DNA of 58,089 nucleotides from Candidatus Omnitrophota bacterium (GTDB lineage Bacteria; Omnitrophota; Gorgyraeia; Zapsychrales; Fredricksoniimonadaceae): NCBI GenBank assembly GCA_903908245.1, contig CAIVRE010000028.1, positions 1 to 58,089 of the forward strand, read 5' to 3'. Shown piece by piece: positions 51,569 to 58,089 of this stretch (position 1 is its first letter; each line of letters starts with the position of its first letter). The notes under the pieces were generated by a model. It saw only the letters and a program-made list of their open reading frames with translations, ran no database searches and was not told where the DNA came from. The position numbers and the translations under genes were made by a program.

Positions 51569-54500
51569 TTATTGCCCGCAGCACTTCTTGTATTTCTTCC
51601 CGCTGCCGCAAGGGCAATTATCATTCCGGCCGACCTTTTCGGACGAGCCGGGCTGGGATGCGGCCGGACGGCGTTGAGGCGGCACAGGCATGGACGGCAT
51701 GGAAACCGCTCCGGCGATCTGGGACGCCGATGGCCCGGCACCCGAAAAAGGCGGTTCCTGCCCTTCAGCCTGAGGCATCCGTAAAGTCCCCTGAATACCC
51801 GAGAATTCCTGATGCACCAGCTCCTGACGGGAACCATAGACATTCTGCGCGCGATGATCCTCTTCCATCGGCTGCAGCTTAAAGATCATCTCCGCCACAT
51901 CGACATGAATGGTCTCATACATCGCCTGGAACATATGATACCCCTCACGCTTATACTCAACAAGCGGGTCCCTCTGCCCCAGCGCGCGAAGGCCCATACC
52001 TTCCTTCATGCGATCCATGGCATACAGGTGCTCTTTCCACTTATGGTCAATGGTATGCAGAAGGAACATCCGCTCCAGGCGGCGGATCTGCTCGACACCG
52101 AACTTGGATTCTTTCTCGGTGTAGATCTCCTTAAGCCGGGCGTAGATCATGCTCACCAGCTCTTCCGTCGCGGTCTCGGGGATGCGGTCCTTAAGGACGC
52201 TGATATCAAAATTGAACTTGTCGAGGAAATACACCACCATGCCATCGACATCCCGGTCCTTGGCCGCATGATCCTGCGGACAGAAACGGTGTACCGCATC
52301 TTCCACGGTCGAAAGGATGGATTCCTGGATAAGCTCGCGCGTATCCTCACCCTCGATGATCGAACGGCGCAGGCCGTAAATGACCTCGCGCTGCTTGTTC
52401 ATGGTGCTGTCGTATTCCAGCAGCTGCTTGCGGATCTCGAAGTTGAACCCTTCCACGCGCTTCTGGGCGATCTCGATAGCTCCCGACACCATGCCGGACT
52501 CGAGCACTTGCCCTTCCTCGAAACCGAAACGGTCCATCATCACCTTGATGCGGTCGCCGGCAAAAAGCCGCATGAGGTCATCCTCCAGCGACACATAAAA
52601 CCTCGACGAACCCGGATCGCCCTGACGGCCCGAACGGCCGCGCAGCTGGTTATCGATCCGGCGCGATTCATGGCGCTCTGTCCCCATGATATGCAAGCCG
52701 CCCAGCGCGGTCACCTGCTCACGCTCTTTCTTGACCTGCTCGCGCAACTGCTTGAGGAACTGGTCCATCAGGATCTCGTGCGACGGAGCCTCTTCCTTGT
52801 TCTTTTCAGCCTCACGGACCTTCTCGTTGGCCAAAGTGCGCGCCATAAACTCGGCGTTACCGCCCAGCATAATATCGGTACCGCGGCCGGCCATATTGGT
52901 GGCGATAGTCACCGCCTTATACCGCCCCGCCTGGGAAATGATCGTCGCTTCCAGCTCATGATACTTGGCATTAAGGACCTTGTGCTTCACGCCCTTGGCG
53001 GCAAGCATGCGGGCGATCAGTTCGGATTTGTCGATCGACACCGTCCCCACCAGAACCGGCTGGCCTTTTTCATGGCACTGCTCGATCTCCTTGACCACCG
53101 CGTCATACTTTTCACGGGAAGTCTTGTAAACACAATCGGAGTGATTGACACGCCGGAGCGGGCGATTGGTTGGGATCACGATAACATCAAGGTCGTAGAT
53201 CTGCTTGAACTCGTTGGCCTCGGTATACGCCGTACCGGTCATCCCGGCAAGCTTGCGGTACATACGGAAATAATTCTGGAACGTGATCGTGGCCAGCGTC
53301 TGGTTCTCGCGCTCGATCTTGATGCCTTCCTTGGCCTCCACCGCCTGGTGCAGGCCGTCCGACCACCTGCGCCCCGGCATCATGCGCCCGGTGAACTCGT
53401 CGACAATGACCACCTTCCCCTCGTTGACGACATAATCGGTATCCAGGTGGAAGAACTCTTTCGCGCGCAGGGACTGGAGGATGTGATGACGGAACTCGAT
53501 CGTCTCCATATCGTGCAGGTTCGCGACCCCGAAAAGCTCCGCGCCCCTGGCCTCGCCCTGCTCGGTCAGCGAAACATTCTTGGCTTTTTCGTCGGCCACA
53601 TAATCGAACCCCTTGCCCAGATCTTCCCCGCGGTGCTTGGCGTCGATCTCGTCCGCCTCGGTCACCCGGCGGCCTTTCAGCTCCAGCGAAATATTATGCG
53701 CCCGGAAATACTTGTCGGTCGACTCCTCCGCAGGGCCGGAAATGATCAAAGGCGTGCGCGCTTCATCCACCAGGATGCTGTCGACTTCGTCGACGATCGC
53801 AAAATGATGCGGGCGCTGGACCATCTCGTCCTTGAACAGCACCATATTATCGCGCAAATAATCGAACCCGAACTCGTTGTTCGTCCCATAGGTAATATCA
53901 CAGCCGTAAGCTTTCTGGCGCTCGGCTGGATTCATGTCATGCTGGATACAGCCGACCGTAAGGCCCAGGAATTCATAGATCGTCCCCATCCATTCGCGGT
54001 CGCGCTTGGCCAGGTAATCGTTAACCGTCACCACATGCACGCCGTCGCCGGTGAGCGCGTTGAGATACGCGGCGAGGGTCGCCACCAGGGTCTTACCTTC
54101 ACCGGTGGTCATTTCCGCGATATTGCCGTAATGCAGCACCATCCCGCCGATCATCTGGACATCGAAATGCCGCATGTTCATCAGGCGCTTGCCCGTTTCC
54201 CGCACGACAGCGAACGCCTCGGGCAGGATCTCCTCCAGGATAGCGTCCTTGGCCTCGCAAAGATCTTTCTCCGCCTGCTTGTACTGCATTTTAAGCGTCT
54301 GGCGCTCATCGATGCTCGGGGAAGAAAGATAAAGCGCCTTCATGCGGACGGCCTCGTCCGCGGTCTTGGCAATGGCCCGGGCAATGCGCAGGCGGAACTC
54401 GTCGGTCTTGGCCTGAAGCTCGGCGGTGGAAAGCTTTTCCATGGCCGCTTCGAACGCGTTGATCGCGACAACCTTCCTGGCAAGGCGCTTGACCTCCCCT

Positions 54501-54613
54501 ACCGACGGCAACGGAGAATCATCATTGATATTGATATTGACCGGCGGCTGTAAGGATGAAACATACCGGCGGGCGGAAGCGATCACCGGTTTGCGGATAA
54601 TGGCATCGAACAT
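51569..54613 (-). CDS. secA: Preprotein translocase ATPase SecA
   Basis: MTTGEGKT, VDEVDSILVDEARTPLIISG, TNMAGRGTDI, RGRSGRQGDPG, C-terminal GRNDNCPCGSGKKYKKCC. Confidence 0.98.
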   Translation of the reverse strand: MFDAIIRKPVIASARRYVSSLQPPVNININDDSPLPSVGEVKRLARKVVAINAFEAAMEKLSTAELQAKTDEFRLRIARAIAKTADEAVRMKALYLSSPSIDERQTLKMQYKQAEKDLCEAKDAILEEILPEAFAVVRETGKRLMNMRHFDVQMIGGMVLHYGNIAEMTTGEGKTLVATLAAYLNALTGDGVHVVTVNDYLAKRDREWMGTIYEFLGLTVGCIQHDMNPAERQKAYGCDITYGTNNEFGFDYLRDNMVLFKDEMVQRPHHFAIVDEVDSILVDEARTPLIISGPAEESTDKYFRAHNISLELKGRRVTEADEIDAKHRGEDLGKGFDYVADEKAKNVSLTEQGEARGAELFGVANLHDMETIEFRHHILQSLRAKEFFHLDTDYVVNEGKVVIVDEFTGRMMPGRRWSDGLHQAVEAKEGIKIERENQTLATITFQNYFRMYRKLAGMTGTAYTEANEFKQIYDLDVIVIPTNRPLRRVNHSDCVYKTSREKYDAVVKEIEQCHEKGQPVLVGTVSIDKSELIARMLAAKGVKHKVLNAKYHELEATIISQAGRYKAVTIATNMAGRGTDIMLGGNAEFMARTLANEKVREAEKNKEEAPSHEILMDQFLKQLREQVKKEREQVTALGGLHIMGTERHESRRIDNQLRGRSGRQGDPGSSRFYVSLEDDLMRLFAGDRIKVMMDRFGFEEGQVLESGMVSGAIEIAQKRVEGFNFEIRKQLLEYDSTMNKQREVIYGLRRSIIEGEDTRELIQESILSTVEDAVHRFCPQDHAAKDRDVDGMVVYFLDKFNFDISVLKDRIPETATEELVSMIYARLKEIYTEKESKFGVEQIRRLERMFLLHTIDHKWKEHLYAMDRMKEGMGLRALGQRDPLVEYKREGYHMFQAMYETIHVDVAEMIFKLQPMEEDHRAQNVYGSRQELVHQEFSGIQGTLRMPQAEGQEPPFSGAGPSASQIAGAVSMPSMPVPPQRRPAASQPGSSEKVGRNDNCPCGSGKKYKKCCGQ

Positions 54614-54623
54614 TTTTTATTCC

Positions 54624-55713
54624 TCACGTTTTCATCTTTAAAAAAGCTTCTATGAACATATCGATCTCCCCGTCCATGACCTTCGCGACATTGCCTGTCT
54701 CGACGTCCGTCCGGTGGTCCTTGACCAGCTGATAGGGCTGCATGACATAGGAACGGATCTGGCTGCCCCATTCGATCTTCTGCTTCTGGCCGGACTCGGC
54801 TGCCAGCTTGTCATCCATCGCCTGCTGTTTGAGCTCGAAAAGTTTGGCCTTGAGCACCCGCATGCAACGCGCCTTGTTCTGCAGCTGGGAACGTTCGACC
54901 TGGCTTGACGTTATAAATCCCGTCGGAATATGCGTGATACGCACCGCGGAATCGGCCGTATTGACACTCTGCCCGCCGGGGCCGGAAGAACGGAAAACGT
55001 CGATCTTAAGATCATCCGGGTTGATCGCCACCTCGACATCGTCATCGATCTCCGGGATCACATCGACCGAGGCGAACGAAGTATGGCGGCGCTTGTTGGC
55101 ATCGAACGGCGAAATGCGCACCAGCCGGTGCACGCCCTTCTCGGCCCGCAAATAACCGTACGCCTTGTCCCCCTCGATCCGGATGGACACATTCTTGATG
55201 CCGGCCTCTTCACCGTCAAGGACATCATATACTTCCACTTTATATCCTTTATTCTCCGCCCAACGGGTATACATGCGAAAAAGCATGCTCGTCCAGTCGC
55301 ACGACTCCGTTCCACCCGCGCCGGAATTAAGATTAAGCAATGCGTTGCAATTATCGTACTGGCCGGATAAAAGGACCTGGATCTCGAGCTTGGCCACGAT
55401 CTGCGCCAGCAAGCCGGACTCCACCTCGATCTGGGCCTCCATCTCCTGGTCGCCCTCGGAAAGATCCAGAAGCTCGCGCGCATCGGCCGCGCGCTTCTCG
55501 GCCTCCTTGAGGGGATCCACCAATGCCTTCAAACCCTTGAGCTCCCTGATCAGCTTGTTCGCCTGGGCCTGATCGTTCCAGAAGTCGGACGCTGTCATTT
55601 TATCTTCCGACACACGGATCCGTTCGATCAATACAGGCAGGTCAAAGAAACCCCCGTAGGTCGGTGAGTTTCTGGGAAAGTTCGGTAATTTTACGGGATA
55701 ACATCTCGTTCAT
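54624..55713 (-). CDS. prfB: Peptide chain release factor 2 with programmed +1 frameshift
   Basis: ATG 55713 gives MNEMLSRKITELSQKLTDLRGFL, then CTT TGA C and the +1 frame with SPF and GGQ motifs. Confidence 0.95.
55641..55656 (-). other. prfB +1 frameshift signal
   Basis: CGGGGG-TTT-CTTTGAC (internal SD-like motif plus slippery stop). Confidence 0.9.
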
Positions 55714-55715
55714 AT

Positions 55716-56792
55716 TTATACACTGAACCGGAAATGCACGACATCGCCTTCCTGCATTTCATAGTCCTTGCCTTCCAGGGTTATTTTCTTCGCCTCCTGC
55801 ACCGCCTTATACGAACCCAGTTCAACAAGATCCTTGTAACGATAGATCTCGGCGCGAATGAACCCGCGTTCAATGTCAGAATGGATCTTGCCCGCGGCTT
55901 TGACAGCTTTCATCCCCGTCGGGATAAGCCAGGCGCGCGTTTCCGTCTCACCGGCGGTAAAGAAACACGTCAGGCCCAGCAGCTCGCGCCCCGCCTGCGC
56001 CAGGCGCTGCAAGCCCGGGGAACCGATGCCGGCGGCATCATAATATTCTTTACGCTCCTCGGGAGGAAGCTGGACGATCTCGGCTTCAAATTTGGTACAC
56101 AACGGAATAATGGCCGCGCCTTCTTTCGCCGCACGCTCCTTGAGCGCTTTAAGCAGCGATTCATCCGGGCCGCTTTCATCCGTATTGGCCACATACATGA
56201 CCGGCTTGGACGTGATGAACTGAAACTCGCTTGCAGCACCCAGATCAAGCCCTTTTTGCATACGGACCGGAACACCCTGGTCAAGCCCCTTGAGCACGCC
56301 ATCAAGCACTTCGCATTTATCCTTGGCAGCCTGGTCGCCGCTCTTGGCGGGGCGCATCCATTTGTCCAGCGCCTTCTGCGCCTGTTGAAGATCGGAAAGA
56401 ATGAGCTCGGTCTCGATGATCTCGGCCGCCGAAATAGGGTCAAGCGAACTCATCACATTAATAACATTATCGTCCTTGAAACAGCGCACCACATGGGCCA
56501 CCGCGTCGACATTGCGGATGTTGGATAAAAACTGGTTGCCCAGCCCCTCCCCCGTGCTGGCGCCCTTCACCAGGCCCGCGATATCCACAAAACGAATGCC
56601 GGCAGGCGTGATCTTGGCCGACTTCCACTCATCGGCCAGACGGATAAGGCGTTCGTCAGGGATCGGAACAACCCCCACGTTAGGATCAATGGTCGTAAAC
56701 GGAAAATTCGAGGCCGCCGCGGCCGCACCCGTCAAAGCATTAAAAAGCGTGGACTTGCCCACATTGGGAAGGCCAACAATACCGATTTCCAT
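55716..56792 (-). CDS. ychF: Redox-regulated ATPase YchF
   Basis: GLPNVGKSTLFN, FPFTTIDPN, DIAGLV, IHSDIERGFIRAE. Confidence 0.97.
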   Translation of the reverse strand: MEIGIVGLPNVGKSTLFNALTGAAAAASNFPFTTIDPNVGVVPIPDERLIRLADEWKSAKITPAGIRFVDIAGLVKGASTGEGLGNQFLSNIRNVDAVAHVVRCFKDDNVINVMSSLDPISAAEIIETELILSDLQQAQKALDKWMRPAKSGDQAAKDKCEVLDGVLKGLDQGVPVRMQKGLDLGAASEFQFITSKPVMYVANTDESGPDESLLKALKERAAKEGAAIIPLCTKFEAEIVQLPPEERKEYYDAAGIGSPGLQRLAQAGRELLGLTCFFTAGETETRAWLIPTGMKAVKAAGKIHSDIERGFIRAEIYRYKDLVELGSYKAVQEAKKITLEGKDYEMQEGDVVHFRFSV

Positions 56793-56832
56793 GAGGTTCC
56801 TTATTTATATAATATTTTTAAGAAGGGATATC

Positions 56833-57186
56833 TTACCTGCCGGGGGCACTTCTGTCCAAAGAAAAATAACCTCTCAGCGAACGCTCTAACCCGATCAGTT
56901 CCTTTTTACGGCCGGTATCTTTTCCCGCATATTTCCCCGGCGAACCATCAGACCTGATGACCCGGTGACAGGGAATAATGAGTGGCCAGGGATTTTTGCG
57001 CAATGCCGAACCGACCGCGCGCACAGCCTTTGGCCTTCCGATCTGCCTTGCCACCCAGGCATAACTGCGCGTTTCACCAAAAGGGATCGTCAGCGTTGCC
57101 TTCAGGACGCTCCATTCAAGATCGGTCAATCCAACGACAGAAGGCTTCTTCACGGGTGAAAATAAATTACCGGATAGCCCGTTCAT
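56833..57186 (-). CDS. ogt: O6-methylguanine-DNA methyltransferase (C-terminal domain only)
   Basis: IPFGETRSY, RAVGSAL, IPCHRVI. Confidence 0.88.
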   Translation of the reverse strand: MNGLSGNLFSPVKKPSVVGLTDLEWSVLKATLTIPFGETRSYAWVARQIGRPKAVRAVGSALRKNPWPLIIPCHRVIRSDGSPGKYAGKDTGRKKELIGLERSLRGYFSLDRSAPGR

Positions 57187-58089
57187 TCAAACACCTTTTT
57201 CCCCCTGAGCAGCCGATGATACGACACCGCAAAGCGGTGCGCTTCATCGCGGGCGCGCTGCAGCAACTTTAACGCCAGAGAATCTTTTGTCAGCACGACC
57301 GGGTTACGCCTGCCCGGTACGAATACCTCTTCTTCTCGCTTGGCAAGTGAGATGAGCGGAATATCAATGCCCAAACCCCTGAGCTCTGCCGCCGCCGAAG
57401 ATAATTGCCCTTTTCCGCCGTCAATGATCACCAGGTCAGGATAAGCCTTACCCTCGCGCTTCAACCGGCCGTAACGGCGGCGCACCACTTCAGCCACCAT
57501 TTTAAAATCATCCATCCCCCGCACAGCCTTGATCCGAAACCGCCGGTAATTCGCTTTGTCGGGCATGCCGTTAATAAAGGACACCAGCGAACCAACAGAC
57601 TGCTCTCCCATGGTCGTCGATATATCAATGCACTCAACACGCTCCGGCCGTTTAGGCAGGGACAACGCGCGCTCAAGCTGTTCCGCTTCCTTGAAATAAT
57701 TCACATCCGGGCTCGACGAATACAAAGCCCCGACGGCCCTGAGCTGATCGCGCAATTTCGCGGCAGCCTCAAAATCTTTTTCCGCAGATGCGGATTCCAT
57801 TTCCCTCTTCAACTGACGATAAAGCTCATCCTGGGCGCCCTCCAGAACAAGGACAATGCTTTTAATATTCCGGGCATATTCTTTCACGCTGACCTTGCCT
57901 GTACACGGCGCATCACACAGGCCTATGTCATGGTACAAACATGGCTTGTCCGGCATAGGGTCACAACTGCGAAAAGGGAATATTTTACGGATCAGCGTCA
58001 GCGCTTCACGGATCAACGCAGCATCCGTATACGGCCCGAAATACCTACCGCCATCACCCCGGGGGTGAAGGCGGTCCTTCACCCCCGGG
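57183..58089 (-). CDS. uvrC: Excinuclease UvrC, 5' end outside the window, short form without C-terminal HhH
   Basis: YFGPY, Cys-rich region, UVR (FEAAAKLRD), CIDIS, DDFKMVAEVVRRR, PDLVIIDGGKGQL, RDEAHRFA. Confidence 0.93.
   Translation of the reverse strand, partial: PGVKDRLHPRGDGGRYFGPYTDAALIREALTLIRKIFPFRSCDPMPDKPCLYHDIGLCDAPCTGKVSVKEYARNIKSIVLVLEGAQDELYRQLKREMESASAEKDFEAAAKLRDQLRAVGALYSSSPDVNYFKEAEQLERALSLPKRPERVECIDISTTMGEQSVGSLVSFINGMPDKANYRRFRIKAVRGMDDFKMVAEVVRRRYGRLKREGKAYPDLVIIDGGKGQLSSAAAELRGLGIDIPLISLAKREEEVFVPGRRNPVVLTKDSLALKLLQRARDEAHRFAVSYHRLLRGKKVFE
58048..58089. repeat. Palindromic repeat, family A, copy 3, inside the uvrC coding sequence
   Basis: CCGCCATCACCCCGGG (58048-58063) and CCTTCACCCCCGGG (58076-58089) match 8139-8154 and 8160-8173. 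Confidence 0.8.

Noticed and set aside
51812..54553. 913-aa plus-strand ORF
   Set aside because: Antisense shadow of secA produced by GC-rich codon bias; no motifs or RBS.

Overview
58-kb window from a GC-rich, probably anaerobic diderm bacterium. The gene content suggests Omnitrophota, but this is inference. Positions 1-6099 are the lower-GC edge of an island at the 3' end of tRNA-fMet. It carries the right end of an IS21-family element, a secreted repeat protein and two coupled nuclease-DUF2075 helicases, one fused to an S24 autopeptidase and preceded by a promoter, a 12-codon uORF and a terminator. The rest is chromosomal backbone, almost all on the minus strand: ftsB, eno, a tandem-AAA FtsH-like protease plus lipoprotein (+), purN, MFS, a GT-C/TPR protein and tRNA-Thr; a degenerate GGDEF-pta-ackA-pseudo-ackA operon; a two-component cluster with a PilZ-methyltransferase, two kinases, receivers and DHp-only proteins; tRNA-Phe; nikMN, a HypC-radical SAM fusion, hypA and echABCDEF; exbBD, hppA, pit/DUF47, an Lnt-REC fusion, secA, frameshifted prfB, ychF, ogt and partial uvrC. 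The strongest novelty candidates are (1) HypC fused to a HydE-like radical SAM enzyme in a NiFe (Ech) locus, (2) an acetate kinase with the motifs of the PPi-dependent Entamoeba enzyme, coupled to a catalytically dead paralog, (3) a PilZ-fused PhcB-like methyltransferase coupled to a 7TM kinase, (4) the tandem-AAA FtsH and (5) the regulated DUF2075 pair. Two families of short palindromic repeats occur, one copy in frame inside uvrC. No CRISPR array or rRNA was seen. All family assignments are by eye from motifs; no searches were run.
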